NCBI GenBank assembly: GCA_051294905.1
Contig: CM119379.1
Location: forward strand, 25,296,001-25,360,000
From: Botryllus schlosseri
Lineage: Eukaryota
DNA: 64,000 nt
Direction of reading: 5' to 3'
Under the pieces are notes generated by a model that made no database searches, had not been told where the DNA came from, and saw only the letters and a list, made by a program, of their open reading frames with translations. Shown in pieces: positions 12,650-24,500 of the stretch. The position numbers were made by a program, and so were the translations under genes. The stretch's first letter is position 1, and every line of letters starts with the position of its first letter.

Positions 12650-12914
12650 AGAGAGAGAGAGAGAGAGATCAGATTTATTTTCGCCGGCACCATCGAGGTG
12701 CTTTGACGATGGAGATGCGATACGACCTTTAAGCAAGGTCATCTAGTCTGCACCACCGTATTTTTCTCCTCCACGTTATCCATGTATGCTGAGCGCCTAG
12801 CTGGATAGCCGCGGATACCAGTTTTAGAGTCTTTGGTCTGACCCGGCCGGGGATTGAACCCACGACCTACCGATCGAGAAGCTGGACGCATAACCATTAC
12901 ACTGTCTCGCTCGA
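12650..12914 (-). mobile_element. tRNA-derived SINE, full length, (CT)n tail
   Basis: Minus strand: A box (cagtgtaatgg), B box (ggttcaatccc), then cagaccaaagactctaaaactggtatccgcggct..., ending aataaatctgatctctctctc. Other copies at 30828-32260 and 47490-47716. Confidence 0.88.
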
Positions 12915-13971
12915 AGGCATGTTTCGCCAGGTTATCGCTCCGGTCTGTCGGGCGTTCTACTCTAAAGTGCACTGGTGTTGCGGCTACTTAACAACACCGC
13001 CGTTTCGTGATTGGCTGGGCTACGACATGCTGCGGAAGTACTTGACCCCAGGTTTAGTCTATTCTAGTCGTACTAGAGCAGTGGTTCTCAACATTTTTGT
13101 CTTCGCGGACCCCCGGCTTTACTTGAAATTTAGCTCTGTTATCGTGTAAACCTCGTCAGTTCTGTGCAAATATAGCGAAATAACCTTTCTTGAAAATAAC
13201 CACATACTATTTATATAGAAATGAGAAAGGCTCTTATTATTCCAAAGCCAATGTCGCAGTTTCATTTCTTGGAATACGCGGCCGTGTCTTCAAAATATAC
13301 GCGCCGTCGGTCTGATATGAACGAGTGCCGAAAATCCAGTTCCACAAAGATTGGTGGTGCCGAATGGCGATGCAATAATAACGCCGTTGGTCCGCATTTA
13401 TAAGATACTAATTTACCTCACTTTTAGCAGTTTCTGGCAGTGTTGGGATCAAGTCACTACCTTCGAGTCACGAGTCATCTCGAGTCATCGCACATTTTGA
13501 CTCGAGTCAAGTCAAGTCAATCGATTTTCAAAGGTGACTCGAGTCAAGTCAAGTCAGTCGTTTTTTGGAGGTGACTCGAGTCAAGTCAAGTCAAGTCAAG
13601 TCAAGTCACGAGTCAAGTCACAATTCAAGTCAAATTGAATTTTCGAAGTATGAGTGATCATTCAAATTCATTATATTTTACTAGCTGTGTTAAAGAGATC
13701 AATTGGTCATTGATCTTGAATCACATAACGAATATAAAGTTAAATATACATGCAAAAATGCGCTGTATCGCTCACGCAACACGTAAAACTGCTAATAAAA
13801 TACGTAAGTTTGTTTGTTTTGGGGTATTCATGGTGTTTGTCGACTACTATGGTCATTTACACCAGGCCGATATTCTTTTTATTTTCCGTAATTGCCGACT
13901 TATGGCACGCCCCACCTCTTTTTGTAAGACACCGCTGACGTAAGTAACTCTATAGAGCTATATAGCTACAT

Positions 13972-14352
13972 CAGGAGTGTCAAACATACGACCCGCCAAA
14001 TGACTTCATTCGGCCCGCGAAGAAATTCTGAGTATATGTTGAAAATTGCGTGATTTTATCCAACACATTTCTCGAATTTGTAGTAAGAAATACTACTAAT
14101 AAATATTCCTTCAAGATAGCAAATTTCGAGTATGTTCATAGGCCACATTATAACAAACCGACAGCGGAGTTGTGATTGTAGTTATCGTCAGGAGAAAATC
14201 GCTGACATTAACACCCAATTCTGAGAATGCGAAAAAGTGCATATATTGAGTTAAGAGTTAGTAATATTTTGGAATCATTTGACTGGTGCGGCCCGCGAGT
14301 GATCTGTATATTTGAATTCGACCCGCGACGTCAGTTGAGTTTGACAACTCTT
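13972..14352. mobile_element. hAT (Charlie-like) MITE, nested
   Basis: Termini caggagtgtcaaac / gtttgacaactctt. 8-bp TSD AGCTACAT on both sides. Confidence 0.8.
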
Positions 14353-14444
14353 AGCTACATGCTACATTCTCTTATTATCAGCCAAAATAGAGGATCGAGT
14401 ACGAAGCCTCGAGAAGACGAACGAAAGTGATATCGTACAATACA

Positions 14445-15785
14445 CAGAGGTGGTCAAAGTAGTCAAGAAAGCTACTCAAGTAGAAGTAGAAGTAGCGACG
14501 AAAAAATCTACTCAAGTACGAGTAGAAGTACTTCTTCCATAAGCAACCTAAAACTACTTGAAATAGAAGTAGAATTGACTGACTTTAAAAGTACTCAAGT
14601 AAGTAAGTAGTCGTGAAAACGATCCTAATTTGTTCACATTGACTTTATAAAGGTGCAAATTGAGCTATGCGAAAGGTGACGAGCTTGATTCACATTGATG
14701 CATACCAGCAGGTGTCCAATTTTCGATAACATAAGCATTCGTCCACATCATGGGATAAAAATGATAGGATTGATATGGAAATGCGATACTTATCCTGTTT
14801 TCTCGAACAGCACGTTTTAGAAAATAGCATGGTATGGCGCCATCCCCCATATTATAAGGTCCGTAGTTTAGTCGAAGAGCAATACGGAGAAGTTGTATAG
14901 GATACGGTGTAAACACTTTGCGCAATTAGTAAACGTTAATAAAAAATATGGTGGACCGTAAAAATGCCATATTGTGTAGCTTTATTTCCGGAAATTAAAG
15001 GCATTACTACACTTGCTTTTATACTTCAACATGTATGTTATCCATACAAAAGAACTGATATTTATTGTAACTCAAAGTATATGATACTTGGAATTGAAAA
15101 TGCAACATAAATGCTAGTTCTAAAAGTGGAACAGGTTTTTCATGCATTTAGTCCAGAAAGTTTCAAAGGTGGTGTGTGCTGAAACAGCTCTAAAACTAAC
15201 AAAAATGTCAGAGTCCACTTTTCCAGGTTAGGAAGCGCCATGGACATGCTAGATTACGATATGACAAGTAAATGCTAGATTGCGAAACATCAGTTTCAAA
15301 CGTTATGATGAGCCATATATACTGCGATGAATTATTTCGTATAGGCGAAGGGCGACAATGTGGTGTGGACTCAGGGATATCCAGATATCTAGTTCTAGAT
15401 ATCCCTGTGTGAACGGAATCACGTCAACCCGCTACCTAAATTATATTCATAGATACTTTCGGGAAATCATACTGGCAACGACCATACCACTGCGCGCGAA
15501 GCGCGACGAAAATTCTGTTCTTCAATCAACTTTTATGAAAATTAAATGTTGGTACATCGTGAAAACAGCCCCGAAATTCCTCAGGCTATCTTCCTGATTG
15601 GAAGATTGAACTACTTCTACTTGACAAATTGAAAATAGCGAAAAGTAAGTAAGTAGATCACAAAATATTATGAAGTAGAAGTAGGAGTAGCAAAGATCAG
15701 ATCTACTTGAATAAGTACCAGAAGTAGAGGAAAACTACTTGAGTACTTCGAAAAAGTAGAAGTACTTCGTTATTGACCACCTCTG
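14445..15785. mobile_element. hAT non-autonomous element with GTAGAA/TACTCAAGTA subterminal repeats, nested
   Basis: TIR CAGAGGTGGTCAA / TTGACCACCTCTG. Perfect 8-bp TSD ACAATACA. Confidence 0.9.
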
Positions 15786-16451
15786 ACAATACACCAGCCA
15801 TCTATACACATCCGTGAGGATATAAATGCATAAAATATATTTGTTAGATTTAAATCATATAAGAGGGTTGGTAAAGGTGAGCGCCGTGCAATGTAAGGAC
15901 AGAGCCGTCCAATAAACAGTGCTACGTTGCTGTTAAATTAATCTGCTACTATGACAACGCAAGCTTTGATCATTTCGTATGCGGTCAGTGTATTTGTGAT
16001 GTAACAATGTAGTATTAGTGAAACGTACAATCAGTGAATGACTGGTTGCTCTCAAAAGTTACAACGGCGTGTCGTGAATAATCCGAACATGCACAAAATA
16101 CATTGATTTAGTCGACACCGTTTACTTGATGACTCGAAATTGACTCGTAAATTTTGCTCCGAGTCACGAGTCAATCCACATTTTTGAAGCGCCGAGTCAA
16201 GTCAAGTCAAGTCATTTTTGCAAAGTGACTCGAGTCAAGTCAAGTCATTCGAAAAAGTTGACTCGAGTCTGACTCGAGTCAAGTCATGACTCGAGTCATC
16301 CCAACACTGGTTTCTGGTCGAATTTTTAAGTACCAGGACCAATAGACGAAATCCCAATGGGGTGGTTACTTGACTGTTCTTCGAAATTACAATGAAATGT
16401 CGGTCTTGACCGTCTGAGTCGCGAGCCATATGACTTGGTTCGAGTCCAATC

Positions 16452-16850
16452 AATCAGGTTTATTAATATTTTCATCGTTTCAAAACATCACAAGACTGCG
16501 ATACCATGAAAAGATAGGAAGGTGTCGAAACAACTTGGAGTAGCCACTAAGATCAGACACCCACCTTAGCCTAGGCGAAGTAAATAAGAGGCATGCACAT
16601 TGAATGACAAGTATAATGCAGAGAATATAAGACGCAAGCGACAATATGAGGTGGCATGCGGCGGAGGGCGAGGTCGATGTTAGGTCGTGGTCCGGTAATC
16701 CCGAAGACTATGGCTAGTATTGATTTAGAAGAAATTGCTTGTATTTCTTCTAGTCCTTCCAGTCGAGTCATCTCCGTATTTCGAGAAAATGAATCGAGTC
16801 ATTACAAACATGCTATATCGTCCAGCCGATCTTTCTAGCAGCTCATCCTG
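16452..16850 (-). mobile_element. 5'-truncated CR1/L2-group LINE 3' end
   Basis: Reverse complement matches the RT C-terminus/3' UTR at 51060-51370 (gattaccggaccacgacc..., ctaggctaaggtgggtgtctgat...). Boundaries approximate. Confidence 0.75.
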
Positions 16851-18260
16851 AAGCTATTCTGGGACAGTGGTTATATGTATATCACAGAATATTGATTTCT
16901 GCAAACGAAATTCTTCCGAACCCCCAACTAAACATCTGTGACAGCAATATGTTCGTATCAGAAAGCTATTGGCAATCAAAATATTTCATCCCGGACGGCC
17001 ATTCTGTTAGTCCTGAAGTTTTACCAGTTATCAAGCGAAAGTGCTTCGTAATATCTCAAAAAAATAAAAATTGAAGGTTATAAAATCAAGCTATTTCGTA
17101 AATCCGGAGGGTTCGCGGACCTCGGCTGTACTAGAGGCTGATGCTGCGCACATGGAACGACTGCATGATCCATTGAAAGGAAGCGGGTGTCATCAATCAG
17201 CCGCGTAGCTGCGGGATCGCGTATCACCCTGCCTAGCATTACAACCAATCTATACATAATCTCCTTCATTGCGGACACAATCGTAATGACTCAAGTGCTC
17301 GACCTAACCCAACTCTACATTCATCACCCCACGCATTAAAAATCGCCAAAATCATTTATTCGGATGGGAACAATACACAAATATTCGCCGGGGGGGACAA
17401 TCCTACCACTTACTAAGCCAGGATACCTGCCGAAATGAATCCAAACGTATATCCTAGCTTTTCCACTCCTCCCACGCAAAACCGCGCATTATCCAAAGAT
17501 CCATTCCTTCCTAGAGACCACTCAACAAAACACTCCTGCAATACTTCATATCCTTCCATGTACGGGGAGGGGGGACGCATATACAAGAGATAATTCGGAT
17601 CCCGAAGTCTCAGCAGTATTCCTACTTCAACCTACTGAGTACGATCCTCCAGAAGAGGCAGTAATTACGATCCAAAAGATCTGTCAATTTAAAGGAATGA
17701 ATTAGCATGCTAGCGATTCACACAGGTCCGACAACATGCTTCGACAAAAACTAGCCGACACAATTTAAAAGTTGGGGTGTTTCACAATTACAGTAAAATG
17801 ATTGCAATTACCACTTTTCATTCCACAGTAGCCAATTACTGATCCAGCGATTCATGAATTCCAAACGTCCATAAAACACATCCGGAAAAGACGAATATCC
17901 CAGCGCGTTCGCAATCCTACATTAAGTAAAGAGAAGTATCCAAGATCCAAAATTCGGTCCACAGATTTCTGGCGATCCTATCTCTAGGCCAGTCCAGGCT
18001 TTCTGGATAAATTGAAAATCTGTTACAAATTTACGCACGACACAACAGGGCGAATGTGATAAATGCCACTATCAACACATAAATTTAAATGACACAAGCC
18101 AAATGTGATCTATGCCGCGAGTGGAGCAATAATTTACACGACACAAGCCAAATATGATGTATGCCACAAGAAACACATTTTCAAATGCCAATCAGAGGCC
18201 TGTATACCCAATAGTGATAGGTAATGTTTTGTCTTTATATCTGTATCAAACAACGGCACT

Positions 18261-20056
18261 TTATCGCGATCTAGATCGAGATCTACGCGGGGAGTATGAA
18301 GACGAACGTCTACGGCGTGGGGATCTGGAATAAGACCTATGCCGCGGACTATAAGAAGGCGAAGACCGCCCGCCGCGGCCGCCTCTCCGGCCTCTACTGT
18401 TGGAACGGGATCTTGAGCGAGATCTTGAACGCGAGCGTGAACGCGACGAGCAGTTCGGGTCTATCTTCACCCTGATGTACGTGACTTCACCCTGAGAAAT
18501 GATATACATCGGTCAGCAAAAGGAATACTATCAATACAAAACGGAGCTCTAGCGTGTTTTCTTGTCCTTAACAACTTGAACATCACCAATCTGTGTTCCG
18601 CATGAACGTGCCAAAATGTATGGCATTAATAATTGGATTAGGAGTCTAGGTATCGTAAAATTGTCGTTGGGGTCAGGGTTAGGGTTTTGAAGCATGAGCT
18701 TTACAAACTATCAGTCTAGTTCCAGTTAATTGACGATAAACGAACTACTGTCAAGTGTTGTTTCAGTAGAGCATCTGAAAAAAATTCAGTTGTCTCACAA
18801 CTAGAGAACACATCCCTACGTTTTGCATAATATAACATGTGAGCAGCGATGATTTTCGAAGTTGAAGTAATTTCAAGAAAAAATGATTTGAAAAAATGAA
18901 ACATAGCGTGAGCACAGGACACCGATTCCATACAGGGAACACATGACATAGTTTTGCATATCCCAACTGTAAACCAATTAGAAATGCCATAAATTTCGAC
19001 ATGTTGATGCGGAACCTCGATTAGTGATATCTTATCGACGACAAGAAATAGTCCCGGAAACAGTTCATGCTCACCTCGTGAGATTTGAATTTGGTGTCGT
19101 GTAGATGTTTCACAGCAAAATGCATATCTTCTTTATTCACAAACTCCACTATTCCAGTCCCATCTCGGAACACGTCAGAGTAGCAAACGTCTCCCGCTTC
19201 TCTCATGTGATCCTTGATATCTTGCCAGCTTCCAGTTGGTGGGAGTCCTTTATAAATATCAAAATATTAATTCAACAAAACTATCAAGACATAGTAAACA
19301 GAATTTTCATACCGGAAACAACAACCCTGTAATTCGTTCTCTTCGATGGTGGGCCGCCTCTGCCGCGTCCTGGTTCATACCTACCACCGCCACCACCCAT
19401 GTAGCCGCCGCCACCACCTCCACGCATGCTCGGACCATTTCCTCTGGGATATTCGACACGTAACGTGTACCCGTCCAGATTATATCCATTCCTTCCACGA
19501 ATTGCATCATCAGCATCCCTTCAGAATCAAATATTAGTTTCATAGCAATTTAATAATGAATTAATTAACAGTGAAATATAATATTTGAATCTTTTTGGCC
19601 GATACTCGTCAGGCTCAGTGGCGATCAGTATTAATCAGTTAAGAATCAAACTTACAGTGTGTATCAACAATCCAATCAATACTATACACAGTACACTGTT
19701 CATGTTGAATGAAACAATATGTCATGGCAATCTACAAGGCCGTCAAATGTACAATTATTACGCTCTTCAATTCATGTCCTCACAGAAGCAATCACTATCA
19801 ATATCACGCTTATAATTACTACAATGCGAAATGCTCTGAAACACTTCTGTAATGCTAGAACTATACCATTTCCAGCATCAGCAAAGGCTCACCTTGGATC
19901 TTCGAATTCTATGAAGGCAAACGGAGGTCCTTTGCGGGTCTTCAAATCTACGAACCTAATAGGTCCATATTTGAAAAATATATCTTCGATGTCCTTTACT
20001 CTAACATCGGGAGGTAGATTTCCGGCATAAACTCGACATTCTCGTTCTCGGCTCAT
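18261..20056 (-). CDS. SRSF1: Serine/arginine-rich splicing factor 1/9-like (RRM1, Gly linker, RRM2, RS tail); exons 19893-20056, 19313-19518, 19075-19247, 18261-18491; ~257 aa
   Basis: [24 protein letters not shown]...[24 protein letters not shown], pseudo-RRM [29 protein letters not shown] repeats. Junctions GT-AG and in phase. SRSF1 versus SRSF9 cannot be decided by eye. Confidence 0.93.
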
Positions 20057-20934
20057 ATTCGCACTATGATTAGGTAGTTAGCACCGACTGATATCTGGAG
20101 TAGTTGAGGAATATACGATGAAACTATTTATCGAAAATCCCACGTCAGCCTAAGCTACAAGTGGCAAAGAACCGCTTTTTACAAATACAACCACCAGCCG
20201 GCCGTCGCTTTTGCCTCCACGGTTCACCTTTGTCGGATGACTCGGATCGGAGAAACTTCTTCGCCCTACCCACGTGACCAGGTGTCGTCATTTCCCGCAA
20301 AGCTAGACCTCTAGTGATGTACATTGGCGGTTCTAATCGAGATTGATACTGGGATCATAGCAATTTACACAGCGTACGCCGCCAATTGCTATGGTGGGGT
20401 ATCACAGTTCATTTCGGCCGTATTTCATTTTTCCAAGCTTTATTAACAATCAGCGATGAAATTCAATAAGCACCCGATTTCGTCAATGTTTGAAAGATTG
20501 CTGACCAACATAATGGCAAACAACGTAGCTACTCCAACCATAGCCTTTGTAAATGCCATGCTCCAACCTCGTCCTGCTCGACATCGCTGCAATCAGGCCC
20601 GCGCTTTCCACGTAGTATTTAGAGCGGTAGTTACCGACTCAGGCAAGGCAAGTTTTCTTTGGGCTATGGTTATTGGTCCCTTTGAAATATTTTGATAAAC
20701 AACCATGACAGAAAAAAAATGGAGCTTATACTAAAACTTGATTTTCTCAAAATTTGAAAAATGGACATAAAGGTACTTGGATTCCACAGCGACAATTTAG
20801 GGAACTGATTTCTGAAACAACGTATTCAGCACCCTCACGGTCCCGGTAAAAAGGCGAAAGAGCCACTTGGGGGTTAGAAACCCCATGTTGTAAACCACTG
20901 ATACACAGCACCCCTTCAATAATAGTCGGCACTC

Positions 20935-21170
20935 AAGGTTACTGGACCACAATCTGACATATCGACCTCGCCCACCGACAGATGCAGCATTCATTTTCGT
21001 CGCTTACTTTTATGTTATCCTTTCTGCACCCCTTATTTACATGCTGTAGGGAGGTCAAGTAGTATGGTCTGATTAAAAGAGTACTATAAGTCGTTTCGGC
21101 ACCCTCCTATCTTTCCATTATATCGCAATCTTGTGGTGTATTAATTTGATAAAAAATTCAATAAAATGAT
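20935..21170 (+). mobile_element. LINE 3' tail fragment
   Basis: ggaccacaatctgacatatcgacctcgccc...cctcctatctttccattatatcgcaatcttgtggtg...aataaa, the same family tail. Boundaries approximate. Confidence 0.65.
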
Positions 21171-21524
21171 CATCTTAACTGTGCAATCTTTAAGATGCAA
21201 CTGGAAAAAATAATGCGTTGCTTCTCAAAGTGGTCTTTTTCAAACTCGAGACAGGTGTTTGTGTTGCGTATTGCACTTGATACATTTATGCTATGAAAAA
21301 CAGACTATTAATTGCTGCCGTAAGTAGGCTACCAACATTGAAAATTCATTTTGACCAACAAGACAGCATATATTCTACAAACACCATGTTAATACACCCG
21401 TCAACCAGCATTCATACAGTTGCAAAAAATGTAGCACAAGGCTCTACCAACCAATAAGCCCTTCATCCAAGGAGGCAGATTGACGGCTGAGCACACAAGT
21501 CTATTTTCGTCAAAATTAGTTACA

Positions 21525-24500
21525 TTAGGACACAGGTCTGTAAACCACTTCGATCATCTGACACCATGTTGATGGAAGAAGTTTATCCTCCTGTTCTTTA
21601 TAAATGCCAATAGCTGTCAGTAGCGATTCATTCCATTCAGATTCATACCCACAACGTCGATATTGATCTAAAATACAGTTCGACCAAGTGACAAGAGATT
21701 CTGTCACATCTTTGTACGATGGTTTCCCTAGTATGATTTTAACAGTGGTGGGAAATATATGACGGCACAGATGCTTGAAGAATTGCAACACTTCTGGATG
21801 AGCCGGTTCCATTCCAAACTTACCAAAATTGGGAATTTCATTGGTAAAACAGGTTGAAATTAGTGATGTGATCAATACCACAAAATAATCCAAAGATGGA
21901 CCAAATTCCTTCAATTCACAACGGGCTTCCATTGTCATGTTCATTAACTCCTTTATCCAGTCTGCAAGAACTGAGGATTTTACCATTTCTTTTATCTGTA
22001 GGGCATACCCGGATACTATCCAGACCACAGCGTCATGTATATCAATATGGCGACTACATGCCATTATTGTCTCTGAACAGGAACCGGATGGCTGTTTTTT
22101 CTTCAAAGACTCAAAACACACCACAAAGAGAGATTTCAATGCAACATGTGATGCAGGGCTCATATCCATAAAATTCGACACTTTCTGGTCTGTAAATCTA
22201 CAGATAAATGCAAGGTCAGTCATCATCGCCACATCTTCATGTGACTGAATGGAGAACTTTGCCAGAAGAAAAATCTTCACGGTACAATCTTTGACAGCTT
22301 CAAGCGTAAGCGGCGACAGTTTCTCGATGTCTATCAACAGGCTCTTCAAACCGGACATGAAAGCAGCCCTCACACCCAACTGTTCGGACGTATTGCTACA
22401 CATCAAATCACGTGTCTTAGTTTGCAGGAATTGAACAAAATCACCTTCCTTTGCACATTTATATAGTTTCCCAAGGCTTGTGTAAATCATGCTGCGTGAT
22501 TGAACTGGAAGATCGGCAAAAATCTTCGAAGATGTACATTTACACAACAGTGCAGAACAAGCTGATGATCTTTCACATTGCGACAATACCAAATGCATTG
22601 CATGTATCTTGGCTTCAGCACCAGTGCTATTCAACAAAACAGAGTTGAGAGCATTACCCCAATTTACCGGAGGCATGGCAATGTTCTGTGAGCTCTCCGC
22701 TAAGCAATACATGTAAGTTCCACGGTTCTTCGACGCAACATTGCTTGAATGTGATACTCCATCGGCCAGCAAATCGAACAAACTTCTCAACAAGCTTGAT
22801 TTTGACAGGTAATTATATGTGGAAGGCAGTATAAATGAGGAATTATGAACATTATTTTGAAAAAACAAGTTGAGGCATCCAAGATACACGGAAGATTTCC
22901 CCTGCGTTCCGACATCACTGGAAGTATGCAAATGCTTCAAAATTTTGATCGATCCAGAGAGCTTCGAAAGATACTGAACAGCAGTCAGCATTGCAGGGTC
23001 CACAGGCATTGAGAATAAGGAGGCGCTCGCACCACACAATGACGACAGTCCAGTAAGAGCAGCAAATTTCTCTCTCGTGGGTACGTTGGATTTATCCAAC
23101 ACACCAAACCATTGGGTGTAAAGTTTATCCATTGTGTCAGAAACGTCTTTGTCGCCGTTAAGTAACATCCCGCAACACAATGTACCTAGTGAGTCACTGA
23201 AACCAGATTTGTTGGGTACTTCGTCGGTTAATTCAACCAAGTTCCTTAATACTTCATGCGACTCCGCGGAGCTCACCAATCCGCGAACACATCCATGAAG
23301 ACACAGCCAGGTCACCACAGTGGAAATTACCTGTAACGCATCCGGAGATATGTCACCCGTCTTCAAAATCTGCAGAAACTCAGTCCAAAGAACCTTCTCG
23401 CTTTCACAGTCATGGGTAGACTTTGAAAATCGAACGGTTGCGGCTAATCCCCAGCCAACGATGCATCCCAAATCATTTTGCAAATCAAAATGAGAATTCA
23501 CAAGTTTTTGTACAGATTCGAGCATATTTCCATAAATAGCTTCAACAGCATATTCAGATACTGAAGCATTTGAATTGTCCTCACTCTGCTCTTTGATTAA
23601 CACATTCAAAGCATTTCCCAAACTAATTTGCCTATGAAATTCCAATTGCTTATCATCTGCGATACATTCCTTTAAACTCTTAATGATATCATTTACCTTG
23701 CGAAGGCGAGCTTGTGATAATGAAGATAAACAGAACGGAAGTGCGTGGATGGCGCATAGCCTTCCGACTTGCGTAGTGCATAGTCTCCCAGTGGATGAAA
23801 TCGCTCTGTATTGGCACCAAGATAACAAACGACCACTGGGAACATGACCCGGGCACGCAATGGTGATTATGGTGTCCAGTACCATGACGGACCAATGCGC
23901 CATACTGACATATTCTGTGTGTTCGTCCACCCTTTGTTCATCATCATTAAACTGTTCAACTGCAATGAGCAATCCAGTTAGCCCGAGAATTGCATCACCT
24001 TGCATGCTCGGGCTATTTTTAGAGGCGTTTTTCAGGGCATTGATGATTTTGTCTCTACACCATAGCACAGCAGTTTTTATACGATGTTCCTTTTCTTCTT
24101 GATCATCAGATTTTTGCATCTCAATCTCCAGACGTCTGCCGGAAGCCATTACCATCATGGATCTCTTCATGAACGCAACCCAACCCTGCGCGCAACGGAT
24201 CAAATCTTGCCAATTGTTCGGTTCGATTGTTATCTCCTTCAACATGACGTGTATGTTATCCAAAACTTTCCTACCTTCAATAATCGCAAGTTTTTTCGCA
24301 GCGTTGTCAAGATCGCAACTCTCCGCCGCACTGTTTTGCGACAACAACATACTAAATGCTAAGGAAGCTTTCAGACCCGGCTTTTTATTTTTGCCGTAGG
24401 CAGACGCAACAAAGTCAGGGATGGATTTTGCTGCTTTCGGTTGAGTGGACGCCAGCTGAGATTTGATGGCTTTGTGATGTACACCTCTGGGAAGATTTTC

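Larger units (their letters stand above)
13438..16309. mobile_element. Non-autonomous hAT element with (GACTCGAGTCAAGTCAA)-type subterminal repeats, host to two nested elements
   Basis: TIR CAGTGTTGGGAT / ATCCCAACACTG. Perfect 8-bp TSD GTTTCTGG on both sides. Confidence 0.9.

Noticed and set aside
13470-13635. CRISPR-like or regulatory repeat arrays (GACTCGAGTCAAGTCAA; also 29040-29620 and 44820-44930)
   Set aside because: No unique spacers of constant length. These are subterminal repeats of DNA transposons in a eukaryotic context.
20440-20710. Small ORFs upstream of SRSF (plus 20456-20695; minus frame with an in-frame TGA before a hydrophobic stretch, possible selenoprotein)
   Set aside because: No recognisable family, no Cys/Sec motif context, no SECIS identified and no splice support.
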